From NCBI GenBank assembly GCA_965206645.1, contig CBDBKE010000004.1:1536001-1600000 (forward strand): DNA of 64,000 bases, in the 5' to 3' direction. How positions within the stretch are numbered: the stretch's first letter is position 1; every line of letters starts with the position of its first letter. Source of the DNA: Terriglobia bacterium (GTDB lineage Bacteria; Acidobacteriota; Terriglobia; JAJPHL01; JAPKYU01). This document shows positions 18,145 through 28,039 of the stretch, one piece after another. The notes under the pieces are model-generated. The model worked only from the letters and a program-made list of their open reading frames with translations. It did no database searches and was not told where the DNA came from. Made by a program: the position numbers and the translations under genes.

Positions 18145-20421
18145 TTACTCGCTCTCCTGTCTGAGCGCCTTGCGCAATTCCTTCAATTTGTCGTGGAACT
18201 CCTTGGTGGCCATCTTGGCCTCGCCCATGTCCTTGATCACCCTGGGCGTGAGCAGGATGATCAGCTCGTTGCGGCTGGTGGAATCGCGGGTGGTGCCGAA
18301 CAATAGCCCCAAGCCGGGAATGCGCCCTAACAGCGGCACTCGATTGGTGGAGACGATCCGGGTTTCCGAGATGATGCCGCCCAGGGCAATGGTCTCCCCG
18401 TCCTGCACCGTCACCTGAGTGGACACGGAACGCTTCTGGATCGAAGTCAGAGTACCGCTGCTGGTCGGCACGCTGACTTCCTGGTCGATACGCAACGTCA
18501 CCAACCCGCTGGGATTGATGCGCGGTGTCACCGACAGGATCACGCCGGTATCCCGCCGCTGGAAGGAACTGACAGGTGAGATGGTCCCGAAGGCTACGCC
18601 CTGCTGAGTCTGGAGGGGAATCTCCTGTCCTACCTGGATGCGCGCCTCGGTGTTATTGCTGGCCAAAAGCGTGGGCGCGGAAAGCACCCGTGTGCGTCCC
18701 CGGTTCTCCTGGGCATTCAGGAACAGGAACAACTCGCGGCTGCGGCCTATTAAGGTGCCCACCGAAGCGCTCAGGCCGGCGTTAGGAAACGTCTCCGTCC
18801 CGAAAGCGCTGAATTGCCCAACGGGATTCCGGGAGGCGCTGCTGCGCCGCTGGAGGAACGCTTCGACCCCGAAGGACAGCGCCCCCGATAAGGCGACCTC
18901 GTACACCTTGGCTTCAATGAGCACCTGCCGGGGCGCCACGTCCAGCCCCTTCATGGTCTCAAGGATGACTTCGTAGTCCTGCGGGGTAGCCTGGACGACC
19001 AGGGTATTGTTGATGGGGTCCGGAACAATGCGCGCCGGACTCTGCAACATTCCGCCCGGCACAGCAGCTATGAAGATTTGCCTGGAACCCCGGTACATAG
19101 AACCCCGCGATGTTTGGCCCACCCCGCCGACAGGAAACGACACACCTCCGGGCGTCATTCCTCCACCAGCCGCTCCCATCCCGCCGGGCGGTATCATCCC
19201 CGGCGCTGTCATCCCGGGCGCTGTCATCCCGGGCGCCGACGCTCCTGTTGCCTCCGCACCCATCATCGGCCGAGCTGCTCCGTAAAGGCCCGCCAATACG
19301 AAAGCCAACTCCCCCGCCGCCCTGTTTTCCACCTTGTAGGCAAAGTTCTGCAGTCCCCCACGGCGCACGGGCTTGTCCAGCTTCTCAATCCACTGCTGCA
19401 CTTCCGAGTACACCTCGGAATTCGGAGTCGCCACCAGGATGGAGTTGATTCGCTCCAGTGCAATAAACCGCACCGCCGAGCCTTCCTTCGAGAGGGCATA
19501 CGCCTTGAAGATTTCCTCCAGGTCCTTGACCAGGCTGCTGGCCTGGCTGTTCTCGATGGCAAACAACCGGACCCGCTGCTGCTCCAGCGCCGAGGTGTCA
19601 AACAGGTTCACCATCCCCATTAGCCGCTTCAGGCTGCGGCTGGTGTCGGTGATGAGCAGGATGTTGCCCGGCTCGTGGGTCACGATGTGGCCCGCTTCCG
19701 ACAGGTAGCTGCTCAGGATTTTCGACATATCCGCGGCGGTGACGAAGCTGAGGGCGACCACGTTCATCACCATGCGGTCATCAGGCGGCAGGCTGGCTCC
19801 AGTGGGATCCTGGGTGAGCGGTAGCGGAACACGCGGCGCTCCCTTCAGGGGCACGATCCGCCAGAAGCTGCCGCTCTGGACGGCCGAGGCCCCGTTGGCC
19901 CGCAGGATGGCCTGCAGCAGGGGCAGCAGGTCCTCATGACTCAGGTTGCCCAGGGTGTTGATGTTCACCACACCCTTCACCCCAGGGTCCACGACATAGT
20001 TCATCTTGAGTTCGGCGGCAATGATTCCAATCACCTGAAGCAGGTTGGCATTCTCCAGGTGGAGGCTGATGCGCGCCCCAGCTCGCGTCTTCCCCGTTGC
20101 CGGTGCCGCTTCCGCCTCCTGCGCGGGAGGCTCTGCCGATGGCTGGTCTTGAGGCTGGGCAGTCGGTTGTTGCGGTTCCTGAGCCTGAGGCTCTGTCGGT
20201 TCCCCCTGCGCTGGCGGCTGGACCGGTTGCTCGGTTTGAGACTGCGCAGGTGGTTGCGCGGGTTCCTGGACCGGCGCGGCCTTCCTCGGAGTGCTGCCTG
20301 CGGCGACCGTCGACATCAGCCCCCAAACTGCTAAAACTAGGACGGCGCTACCCAGTTGGCCTCTCAGTACACCGGATGTGAAATTCCGCATCCTCTTCGT
20401 GGTTCGTTTTATTCGGCTCAT
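18145..20421 (-). CDS. gspD: type II secretion secretin
   Basis: N domains, LDVAPRQVLIEAKVYEV, GETIALGGII, VPLLGRIPGLGLLF...ELIILLTPRVI. Confidence 0.93.
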   Translation of the reverse strand: MSRIKRTTKRMRNFTSGVLRGQLGSAVLVLAVWGLMSTVAAGSTPRKAAPVQEPAQPPAQSQTEQPVQPPAQGEPTEPQAQEPQQPTAQPQDQPSAEPPAQEAEAAPATGKTRAGARISLHLENANLLQVIGIIAAELKMNYVVDPGVKGVVNINTLGNLSHEDLLPLLQAILRANGASAVQSGSFWRIVPLKGAPRVPLPLTQDPTGASLPPDDRMVMNVVALSFVTAADMSKILSSYLSEAGHIVTHEPGNILLITDTSRSLKRLMGMVNLFDTSALEQQRVRLFAIENSQASSLVKDLEEIFKAYALSKEGSAVRFIALERINSILVATPNSEVYSEVQQWIEKLDKPVRRGGLQNFAYKVENRAAGELAFVLAGLYGAARPMMGAEATGASAPGMTAPGMTAPGMIPPGGMGAAGGGMTPGGVSFPVGGVGQTSRGSMYRGSRQIFIAAVPGGMLQSPARIVPDPINNTLVVQATPQDYEVILETMKGLDVAPRQVLIEAKVYEVALSGALSFGVEAFLQRRSSASRNPVGQFSAFGTETFPNAGLSASVGTLIGRSRELFLFLNAQENRGRTRVLSAPTLLASNNTEARIQVGQEIPLQTQQGVAFGTISPVSSFQRRDTGVILSVTPRINPSGLVTLRIDQEVSVPTSSGTLTSIQKRSVSTQVTVQDGETIALGGIISETRIVSTNRVPLLGRIPGLGLLFGTTRDSTSRNELIILLTPRVIKDMGEAKMATKEFHDKLKELRKALRQESE

Positions 20422-20434
20422 CTCAGATTCTGCC

Positions 20435-21232
20435 TCATTTGGTTTTCTGTGCCGCCGGGAGATCCTCATACCAGGTCTGTACACCAAATGGCGTTACCCG
20501 GTCGTATCTCTTCCGGTTACCTTCGACGGTGACGGTTAAATAGCGATCCCCGGTGGAGGAGCCGGTCGCTGGGGCGACAGCGGGAGCGGTGGCGGCTCCT
20601 GGGGTGGGTGTAGACGCCGGCCCTGCAGAAGAAGCTGAAGGGGCAGCCGGAACAGCGGTCAACACCTGGTCGGCCGCGGTGCCGGCCGGGCGGGCGGGCC
20701 GGACTGCGGCCCGCCCGGCGGCCTGGCGCACGTTTTCGGCTGACTCGTAGACATCAATGGTAGTCTTTTGGCCCTCGAATTCGATGACCACCTGGTGCTC
20801 GGCGATTTCCGCTACGCGATAGCCACCGATTTCATCGCCCACCTTGAGCCGGCGGAATGTGGCCTGCCTGGCCTGTTGCGGCTCGGCCATCAGGGCCACC
20901 GGACCGCTGCCGAGGTTCAAGGTTCCAATCACCAAGGGGACCGGCGGCCGGACCTTGGATACGCTTGCCAACGCCTGGTCGTTATTGCGGTCGGGGCTGA
21001 ACAGGTTGCGGGTGAGCAGCACGGAGTAGCTGTCCGGGACAGCCGCCAGTCCAGCTTCAGCCATGCCTGCTTTGGACACACCTGGCCCGGGGGTGGCTGC
21101 TGAGGTCACAAACTGCTTGTAGCGGGCATGATTGCTCTGCCAGGCATTGTGGATGGCGGCGGCAACCCACATCGCCAGCGTCAAGAGGGCTAGGTTGAGA
21201 TAGGTTATCGGTTTGCGCATGCTTTCTCTCAC
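20435..21232 (-). CDS. GspC-like T2SS protein
   Basis: N-terminal TM, RNLFSPDR, LKVGDEIGGYRVAEI HR-like domain; located before gspD. Confidence 0.6.
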   Translation of the reverse strand: MRESMRKPITYLNLALLTLAMWVAAAIHNAWQSNHARYKQFVTSAATPGPGVSKAGMAEAGLAAVPDSYSVLLTRNLFSPDRNNDQALASVSKVRPPVPLVIGTLNLGSGPVALMAEPQQARQATFRRLKVGDEIGGYRVAEIAEHQVVIEFEGQKTTIDVYESAENVRQAAGRAAVRPARPAGTAADQVLTAVPAAPSASSAGPASTPTPGAATAPAVAPATGSSTGDRYLTVTVEGNRKRYDRVTPFGVQTWYEDLPAAQKTK

Positions 21233-21891
21233 GCTTTGGGAGTTGGCGCGGGCTCGGCGAACATCAACCCGCGAATCACCATTCGCACCGCCACCATCTT
21301 TTGCGGCTTTTGTGGTTTTTGTGGCCGGCCGGGCCGCGAGGGCAGCGCCCTAATGGAGAGCTGATCCAGCGCCAGCACCTTGCGACTGGCGTGGGCAGCC
21401 AGCAGAAAACTCGTGAGCTGGTCCAGCCTGCATTGGAACGACAGCGACAAGGGCACGACGTTATAGCTCGCCCCGGCGACCTTGAGAACCCGCACCGGCC
21501 GGAAGGCGGCGTTGCGCATTTCCATGCCCTGCTTCGCCATCAGTTGCTTGATCACTTCCTGCAACTCGGCCGCAGCCAGGGCCGACGTGCTGCTGCTCAG
21601 CAGGCCTTTCTCGGCTTCAGCCAGACGAGCCTGCATTTCCTGAAACTCCTTTTTCTGATCTGCGGCCAGGGCTACAAGTCGCCGGTATTTGCGCAGGGTC
21701 TTCTCCTTCAGTGGCAGCGAGGCACGGAGCTTCTCGGCGGGGTCCATGACGGGCAAGACAAGCAAATCCAGCAGCAGGAACAGAGCAGTGGCAGCTGCCA
21801 GCAAGAGCAGAGCCCGCTGGTCTCGAGCGCTCAAAGAACGCAAGAAAGACGCAGCTGTCGCTGGCTCCCTCTTCCTGCCTCCGTTAGTCAT
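21229..21891 (-). CDS. gspM: T2SS protein M (GspM/PilO-like)
   Basis: LSARDQRALLL TM, coiled coil, ferredoxin-like C-terminus; operon position. Confidence 0.75.
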   Translation of the reverse strand: MTNGGRKREPATAASFLRSLSARDQRALLLLAAATALFLLLDLLVLPVMDPAEKLRASLPLKEKTLRKYRRLVALAADQKKEFQEMQARLAEAEKGLLSSSTSALAAAELQEVIKQLMAKQGMEMRNAAFRPVRVLKVAGASYNVVPLSLSFQCRLDQLTSFLLAAHASRKVLALDQLSIRALPSRPGRPQKPQKPQKMVAVRMVIRGLMFAEPAPTPKA

Positions 21892-23434
21892 GACTGGCCA
21901 CCTCCTCCGCTCGTGCCGGCGTCTCCCGCAACCGCATCCGGATCTGGAAGGCCTCCCGCCCTTGTTTGCTCTTGGTGATCGCGGTGATGAATTCCGGCTG
22001 TTGGAAATGCGGCGACTGATTGATGGCCTGTAGAATGCCGGAAGCGGATTGGGCTTGCCCGGAGGCCGTCACCTGGTTATCCTCAAACTGGAGTGTTTGC
22101 AGCCAGGCCGCATCGGGAACCAGGCGAGTCAGTTCCTTCCACGCCTCGAGCCTGAGCGCGATATCCTGCCGCTGGCCCTGTAGCAGATCCCATTCCAACA
22201 ACAGCGCCTGGTGGCGGGAATTCAGCTGTTCCAGACGCTCCACCTGGGGCTGCAGCTTGCTGATCTCCGAGTTCAACCAGGAGGAATAGAAGCGGTCCTG
22301 CACCCATGTGGTTGCGAGCCAGGCAGCGCCGAGCAACAGCACAAGTACCACCAACGCATAGGCCGAGGTATGTGTCCAGCGGGAGCGCCAGTGGGAACGC
22401 CAGTGAGAGCGGTAGCGCTTCTCCGCCGGCAGCAGATTCCAGCGCAGGCCAGCTGGGGGAGCCATCAACGGGAGGCGGAGCTCGAGGCCCGGCAAGGCCG
22501 CTGCGTAAGCCACAAGATGCTCCTTCAGCCGGAACTCTGCCGGCCCCGCCTCGGGGGTGACCACGGGAATACCCTCTGCCGGGGACCCGCTCGACGGCGC
22601 AGAGTCTCTCACCGCCGCCTGTTCTCTGACTTGCTGTTCTCTGATTTCGGGTTCCGGCGCGATGTCTTCGCCGCTTTCCAGCATCTGCGGGCTATCCTGG
22701 GGATCGAGTCGCAACTCGGCCGCGCAAAGCTCCACTTCGCGCTGCAACGAGGACCCGGCCGCAACTTCTTTGGAATAGAACGCGCCATCGGGCGCGACCC
22801 CCAGCAGTTCCACCACCTGCCCGCAGTGATCCAGCAACACCAACGGGCGGCGCAGTCCAGGCATGTTCCGGGATTGATTCAAGGAAGCCCCGCGCAGCGC
22901 CTGGTACAACACAGCCGTGGAGAGGGTAAAGCCGGCCACGTCCACGCCCGCCTGGCCGAACCACTGGTAGAGCTGATCGAGCGCACTCTTCTCCACAAGC
23001 GCCACAGCCACCCGCAGCCGCCTTCCGAGGCCCTCCTCCGAGGCGCCGGTCCCATTGCCCGCGCCGCGCGCAGGCGATTCGGGCAGCAGCGCGTAGTCGA
23101 AATAGACGCTGCCTTCCTCGAAGGGGTGGAGCTGATCTACCTGGTAGGCCACCGTCTGGCCCAGTTCTCGCCCAACTTCGGGGGGCAATTCCAGCGTTCG
23201 CACCAGGCCGGCTCCGCGCGGGAGCGCCACCAGCGCGCTGGTCGTCAACGCATGATTCTCTTCGCGGAAGCGCCGGTACTGCTGGGCCACCTCGGCCACC
23301 GGCCGGGTGCGGAAATCCTCAATCCGGAGGAATCCGCTGACGCGCAGGCGATGCCCGCGGCCGCGCAGGGAGACGGCTTCCAGGTGACTCCCCCGAATCG
23401 CAATGCCGATGCTGGTCCCCAGGTGGACGGTCAT
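21884..23434 (-). CDS. gspL: T2SS protein L (PilM/PilN-like)
   Basis: Cytoplasmic actin-like part (YQVDQLHPF), NLLP, TM, PilN-like ELTRLVPDAAWL...GQAQSAS. Confidence 0.75.
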   Translation of the reverse strand: MTVHLGTSIGIAIRGSHLEAVSLRGRGHRLRVSGFLRIEDFRTRPVAEVAQQYRRFREENHALTTSALVALPRGAGLVRTLELPPEVGRELGQTVAYQVDQLHPFEEGSVYFDYALLPESPARGAGNGTGASEEGLGRRLRVAVALVEKSALDQLYQWFGQAGVDVAGFTLSTAVLYQALRGASLNQSRNMPGLRRPLVLLDHCGQVVELLGVAPDGAFYSKEVAAGSSLQREVELCAAELRLDPQDSPQMLESGEDIAPEPEIREQQVREQAAVRDSAPSSGSPAEGIPVVTPEAGPAEFRLKEHLVAYAAALPGLELRLPLMAPPAGLRWNLLPAEKRYRSHWRSHWRSRWTHTSAYALVVLVLLLGAAWLATTWVQDRFYSSWLNSEISKLQPQVERLEQLNSRHQALLLEWDLLQGQRQDIALRLEAWKELTRLVPDAAWLQTLQFEDNQVTASGQAQSASGILQAINQSPHFQQPEFITAITKSKQGREAFQIRMRLRETPARAEEVASHD

Positions 23435-23477
23435 TTCCGATACGCTCGCTTCTTCAAGTCCTCGTTCATAGCCCAGT

Positions 23478-24476
23478 TCACAAAATGACCCGCTGCTCTT
23501 CTACTGCCTGTTCATCCCAGGCCACTAGCTCGGTTCGGCCGTTGGCTTCCCGGCGGAAGATGGCGCGCACCGACGCTCGCGTGGCTGAGCCGCGGAGCCG
23601 GCCCGTGGCAGTCAGGGTGAACAGGTCCGAGATTCGATAGATTCCAAGGTGGGGCAAAGCCTCTGCGGGGATCGAAATTGGCAACTCGGTCAGGCTTTGG
23701 TAGAGCTTTTCCCGGCGTCCGGCGACGACTGCACGTACCCGCTCCTGGTCCATGCCCGGCACGCTCAGCAACGCCTCGTAGGGAGCGTAGTTCACATCCA
23801 GCCTTGCGAAGTTCCCATACACCGTCAGCAGGCGGTTGAACCCGCCCCGCCGAACCAGCCGGTCATCCGCGTCGCGCTCCATCCAGCCGTAGAACAACTC
23901 TGGCGTGACCCCCTTGACCAACAGCAGTTCTTCGACCCGCTGGAAGGGCTGGTGCGCTGCCTGGTAGGGCTGCGCCAGACCGGCGTAAAACTGGTCAAAG
24001 ACGCTCCCGACGCTCGAGGTGGCCGGCGCACGCCAATCGGCAATGGCCCGAGTGATCTCCCGGACGTCCATGTTCCCCACCCCGGCGGCTTGAAACAGCG
24101 TTTGCAGCCGCTCCACCGGGGCGGTGTTGACGTTCAGCTTGCCTGCTTCGGAGGCCACCCGGACGCGCGCCGTCCCGGTAGCGTAGGAAAACTCCAGGTA
24201 GGGCCGAGTGGGTTCGTAAAGCAATTTTTGTTCCGCGTCCCGCAAGCCGGGGGTTTGTACCAAGTAGAGCGCCTGTTCCAGAGCCCCGCGCGCCAGGAAG
24301 CGGCCTTGCTCAGCTTCCAGGCGGTAGCGGGTGGCGGCCAGCTCGGTTCGCACCGAAAGAGCCAGCGCCAGTGCTACCAGCGACAGTGCAGCCGTCAGCC
24401 ACATGACGAGCAACAAGACGGCGCCTTGCTCCGAATTCGAGCTCGGACTCCGGCCCACCGACTTTGGCATTTTCAC
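23478..24476 (-). CDS. gspK: minor pseudopilin K
   Basis: G|AVLLLVMW, GKLNVNTA, AIADWR, EELLLVKGVT. Confidence 0.9.
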   Translation of the reverse strand: MKMPKSVGRSPSSNSEQGAVLLLVMWLTAALSLVALALALSVRTELAATRYRLEAEQGRFLARGALEQALYLVQTPGLRDAEQKLLYEPTRPYLEFSYATGTARVRVASEAGKLNVNTAPVERLQTLFQAAGVGNMDVREITRAIADWRAPATSSVGSVFDQFYAGLAQPYQAAHQPFQRVEELLLVKGVTPELFYGWMERDADDRLVRRGGFNRLLTVYGNFARLDVNYAPYEALLSVPGMDQERVRAVVAGRREKLYQSLTELPISIPAEALPHLGIYRISDLFTLTATGRLRGSATRASVRAIFRREANGRTELVAWDEQAVEEQRVIL

Positions 24477-25195
24477 CGGCTCGCTCCGGCGATGCTCAAG
24501 CGCGCATAGAGGGGCACCGGCTCCAGGCCCCTCCACATGGCTTCTTTCGCGCCCACCTGTAGGGCGACTGCCGAGGGCATCTCCCTGCGATTCAATAACG
24601 ACCAGGAAGATACCCACCGTGCCAGATCGGGCCGTTCGTGCCGGTACTGGAACCGGCACTCGCGGAGTCCTTCCCACAGCAGCAGGGCCCGCTCTGTGTC
24701 AAAGGGCCGCAGCTGCGGTTGGTCCCCTTCCGGAGTGCGGAGCAAGTTCACCACCACGCCAGCCAGCTGCTCGCCGTCCAAGGCCTGCCGCTCCTCGAGC
24801 CACAGCTTCCAGGTCCGGTCACGTTGCCGCTGGGCGAAGTAGTCGGCCACCACGATGCCTCCCCGCCCGCGCTCCAGCGCCGAATACGAGGTGAGAAAGA
24901 CCAGGCGGCGCTCCTCGGCAAAGAAGAACGGCATCTGCTGGCGCCGGTTGGGTGACTCCACCACGATGTTCCGCAGCAGGTGATTGGAAAGCTGGAAATG
25001 TAGAATGTCCTCCACCTGGGTCACCCGGCGCAACTGCAGAACCGCCTGCTGCCCCTTCTCCCAGGCCCGCAGGCCTATCCGCAGCGAGGTGAGAGCCGCG
25101 ACAGCTACCAGGCCGGCGATGGTGGTGGCGGCCATCAGCTCCAGCAGCGTCAGTCCCGCGCTGCGTTGCTTACTGCGCTGGCAGTTGTGGTTCAT
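24473..25195 (-). CDS. gspJ: minor pseudopilin J
   Basis: G|LTLLE prepilin motif; operon position. Confidence 0.8.
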   Translation of the reverse strand: MNHNCQRSKQRSAGLTLLELMAATTIAGLVAVAALTSLRIGLRAWEKGQQAVLQLRRVTQVEDILHFQLSNHLLRNIVVESPNRRQQMPFFFAEERRLVFLTSYSALERGRGGIVVADYFAQRQRDRTWKLWLEERQALDGEQLAGVVVNLLRTPEGDQPQLRPFDTERALLLWEGLRECRFQYRHERPDLARWVSSWSLLNRREMPSAVALQVGAKEAMWRGLEPVPLYARLSIAGASR

Positions 25196-25637
25196 ATTTA
25201 CAGGTCTCGAATGTGGCGCGTTGCTCTCCGCTGGCGCCTTTCCAGAACACCGTCAGGGTCACCAGCACCAGAGGCGGCAGCGCCACCTGCTGTTCGGCGG
25301 AGGCGGCAGGATTCCAGCGCCGAATTTCCGCCTCCCAGCGAAACGTTTCATCCCACCGCCCGGCAACGCGACCGGGCACCAGCGTCTGCTCTATGAGCAG
25401 GCGGTTCAATTGCGCGCGCCCCACCAGCGTCGCTTTCTCGTAAGCCTCCGTGCGCGCCAGGTTGCGCAGCGAGCCGGAAAGCCCGCTCATCAACGCGGCT
25501 ACAGCAATGCCCAACAGCGCCATGGCGACCAACACTTCCAGCAAGGTGAACCCATGAGTTGGAGGTTGCCGGACCTGGATGGAGGCTCTTCCTCCACCGC
25601 TGCTTCCAACATCTCGAACCGCAGGCCCAAAACCCAT
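25170..25637 (-). CDS. gspI: minor pseudopilin I
   Basis: G|FTLLEVLVAMALL; TGATG coupling to gspH. Confidence 0.8.
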   Translation of the reverse strand: MGFGPAVRDVGSSGGGRASIQVRQPPTHGFTLLEVLVAMALLGIAVAALMSGLSGSLRNLARTEAYEKATLVGRAQLNRLLIEQTLVPGRVAGRWDETFRWEAEIRRWNPAASAEQQVALPPLVLVTLTVFWKGASGEQRATFETCKYEPQLPAQ

Positions 25638-26152
25638 CAGCGCTCCCACTCCACGCGGGGCAGTGCCGTCAGCACATCGAACTTCACCGTGACGGCGCGG
25701 CCGCGGGCATTGATCAGCCGCAGTCTCACTTGGGGCGCCCCCCCGTTGGGCGGGAAAATAAAGGTGCGCATACGTCTTGGCTCGACCACGATTTCTGGAG
25801 GCAACTGCCAGCTCCGCCGGTAGGACGGCTCCCCGCTGGCTGTGGCCCCTCCCAGGTCCTCCAACTCGACCCGGCGCCGTTCCGAATCCACCGTCACCTG
25901 GCAGACGGTCTGTTGACGCAAGGCGCGCACGCGGGCGTAGCGGAAGGTGTTCGCCAGCCGGTCGGCGGCCGACTTCAGCCGCAACGTATCCAGACCGGCA
26001 GTCACGCTGGGGAACACGATGGCTCCCAGCACGGCGATGATCGTCAGCACGACCACCATCTCCAGCAGCGTGATGCCGCGACAATGGAGACAGGCCTCGC
26101 GGCCTGTCCGGACCGTCGTGACACTTAACCTAGCGCGTCCAGCTCGCCACAT
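25637..26152 (-). CDS. gspH: minor pseudopilin H
   Basis: G|ITLLEMVVVL; F.PNGG. Confidence 0.8.
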   Translation of the reverse strand: MWRAGRARLSVTTVRTGREACLHCRGITLLEMVVVLTIIAVLGAIVFPSVTAGLDTLRLKSAADRLANTFRYARVRALRQQTVCQVTVDSERRRVELEDLGGATASGEPSYRRSWQLPPEIVVEPRRMRTFIFPPNGGAPQVRLRLINARGRAVTVKFDVLTALPRVEWER

Positions 26153-26627
26153 CGCTGTCTTCGCCCTCTCCGCCTTCTCTCCCGTCAGCACCGTGGGAAA
26201 GGATGTCGGGCTCTTCGCCGTGCTCGCCCGGGTACCGGTAGACATAGGGCTGCCCCCAGGGATCGTCCGGGATGTCCTGGGGCAGGTAAGGACCGTCCCA
26301 GCGCTCCACTTCGGCGGGTTTGACCCGGAGAGCTTCGAGTCCCTGCTCGGTGGTGGGAAACCTCCCAGTGTCCAGCTTGTAAATGCCCAGGGCGGTCATG
26401 AAGCCGTTCATTTGTTCCCGAGTCGCGGTCTGCTTGGCAGCGCTGACTTTCTTCCACATGCGTGGCAGCACCAGCGCGCTGAACAGGCCGATGATGGTCA
26501 CCACCACCAGCAGTTCAATCAGCGTGACCCCGCGCTCACCGGCCTGGCCGCCGAGGCGCGGAGGTACAGAGGTAAGGTTTTTTGCCGGTACGGTTGCGAC
26601 TTCACCCTCAGATTGGTTTTTCTTCAT
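26130..26627 (-). CDS. gspG: major pseudopilin G
   Basis: G|VTLIELLVV, YKLDTGRFPTTEQGLEAL, WDGPYL, DPWG.PY.YRYPG. Confidence 0.95.
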   Translation of the reverse strand: MKKNQSEGEVATVPAKNLTSVPPRLGGQAGERGVTLIELLVVVTIIGLFSALVLPRMWKKVSAAKQTATREQMNGFMTALGIYKLDTGRFPTTEQGLEALRVKPAEVERWDGPYLPQDIPDDPWGQPYVYRYPGEHGEEPDILSHGADGREGGEGEDSDVASWTR

Positions 26628-26642
26628 GGGGTTGCTCCTCTG

Positions 26643-26722
26643 CGCCTCTGTGTGTCTATGTCGTATACCTCTGTGTCGCATGCCGCTGTGTCGTATGCCT
26701 CCGCGTCTTATGTCCCTGCGGC
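26643..26722 (+). repeat. degenerate 15-nt tandem repeat between gspF and gspG
   Basis: TGTCGTATACCTCTG TGTCGCATGCCGCTG TGTCGTATGCCTCCG CGTCTTATGTCCCTG. Confidence 0.7.
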
Positions 26723-26726
26723 TCTC

Positions 26727-27941
26727 CTACAGCGGGACATCATTGATGCTGACGATGCCCAACAACATAGACAGCACCATCCCCCCGACCAGCAACCCCA
26801 TGACCAGGATCACCAGCGGCTCAAACAGGGCCGTGGCGCGCTTGATCGCATCCCGGGTGTCTTTGTCGTAAATATCAGCCATGCGCTGGAACATGGTATC
26901 CAACCTGCCAGTCTCTTCACCGACGGTGAGCAGGTGTCCCGCCAAGGGTGGGAAGGCACCGGTCTTCCGCAGCGGCCCGGCCAGACCCTCGCCGCGCTGC
27001 ACGCCCTTGGCGACCGCCGTCAGCGACTCTTCCATCACAACGTTGCCCAGCAGCCCCTTCACGATTTTCAAAGACTGCAGCAGCGGCACGCCGTTGGCCA
27101 GCAGCGTGGCCATGGTGCGGGCGAACCGCGCCGTCTCCACTTTGCGGAACACGTCGCCGGCCAGCGGCAGCTTCAGCTTCCACGCGTGCCAGCGCCGCCG
27201 GCCGGCGGGAGTACGTACGTAGTAACGGGCGCCAACAATCAGGGCCGCGAGGACCAGCGCCGCCATCCAGCCGTAGCGGTGGATCAGGTCGCTGGCCGCC
27301 AGCAGCAGGTAGGTGGGCGTGGGCACGGGGACGCCCGATTCGGAAAAGACCTGCGCGAATCTGGGAATCACGTAATGCATCATCACAAAGATCGAGCCCA
27401 CCCCGACCAGCGCCAGCAGCAGCGGGTAGATCATCGCCGAGATCAGGTAGCCGCGCAGCTCGTCGGAGGAGCTCTCCAACTCCGCCAGCCGCTCTAGCGA
27501 AACGCCGAGAGCACCAGACGCCTCACCGGCGCGGATCATGTTCCGGTACAGATCGGAAAACACCTGCGGGCGCGTCTCCAGGCTGTCGCCCAGCGACTTG
27601 CCCCCCTTCAGCTCCTGCAGGACGTCGGTAATGACGCTGCGGAATGTTTTCCGTTCCGTCAGCTCGGCGCAAATGGAAAGCGCGCGGTCCAGCGGCAGCC
27701 CGGAATTGACCAGCGTGGAAAGCTCCTGGGTGAAGAAGAGCCGGTCACGCGAGCGCACGCGCCCCCGGGTGAGCCACGGCAGCGGCAAGCCCGCCGCGGC
27801 TGGCTGCCTGCTACCGATGTAGACCGGCACCAGCCCCCGTCGCTGCAACTCGCGGGCGATGGCCTTCTCAGTCGCTCCGGAAAGAGCGCCCTGAGCGGGT
27901 TTGCCCGCCATCGTGACCGCGCGATAGAAATACTCAGGCAT
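26727..27941 (-). CDS. gspF: T2SS platform protein F
   Basis: FTQELSTLVNSGLPL, AGEASG.L, YP, GEETGRL, EP. Confidence 0.95.
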   Translation of the reverse strand: MPEYFYRAVTMAGKPAQGALSGATEKAIARELQRRGLVPVYIGSRQPAAAGLPLPWLTRGRVRSRDRLFFTQELSTLVNSGLPLDRALSICAELTERKTFRSVITDVLQELKGGKSLGDSLETRPQVFSDLYRNMIRAGEASGALGVSLERLAELESSSDELRGYLISAMIYPLLLALVGVGSIFVMMHYVIPRFAQVFSESGVPVPTPTYLLLAASDLIHRYGWMAALVLAALIVGARYYVRTPAGRRRWHAWKLKLPLAGDVFRKVETARFARTMATLLANGVPLLQSLKIVKGLLGNVVMEESLTAVAKGVQRGEGLAGPLRKTGAFPPLAGHLLTVGEETGRLDTMFQRMADIYDKDTRDAIKRATALFEPLVILVMGLLVGGMVLSMLLGIVSINDVPL

Positions 27942-27947
27942 CTTTCA

Positions 27948-28034
27948 AATTGACTCATTGACGACTGGTTCATTGACGATTGTCAAAATCAGCCTTCCAC
28001 AATCGTCAATGACTCAATCGTCAATCTAACAATC
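27948..28034. repeat. inverted short-repeat hairpin between gspE and gspF
   Basis: TCATTGACGATTGT...ACAATCGTCAATGA plus degenerate 8/16-nt units. Confidence 0.6.
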
Positions 28035-28039
28035 TTCCC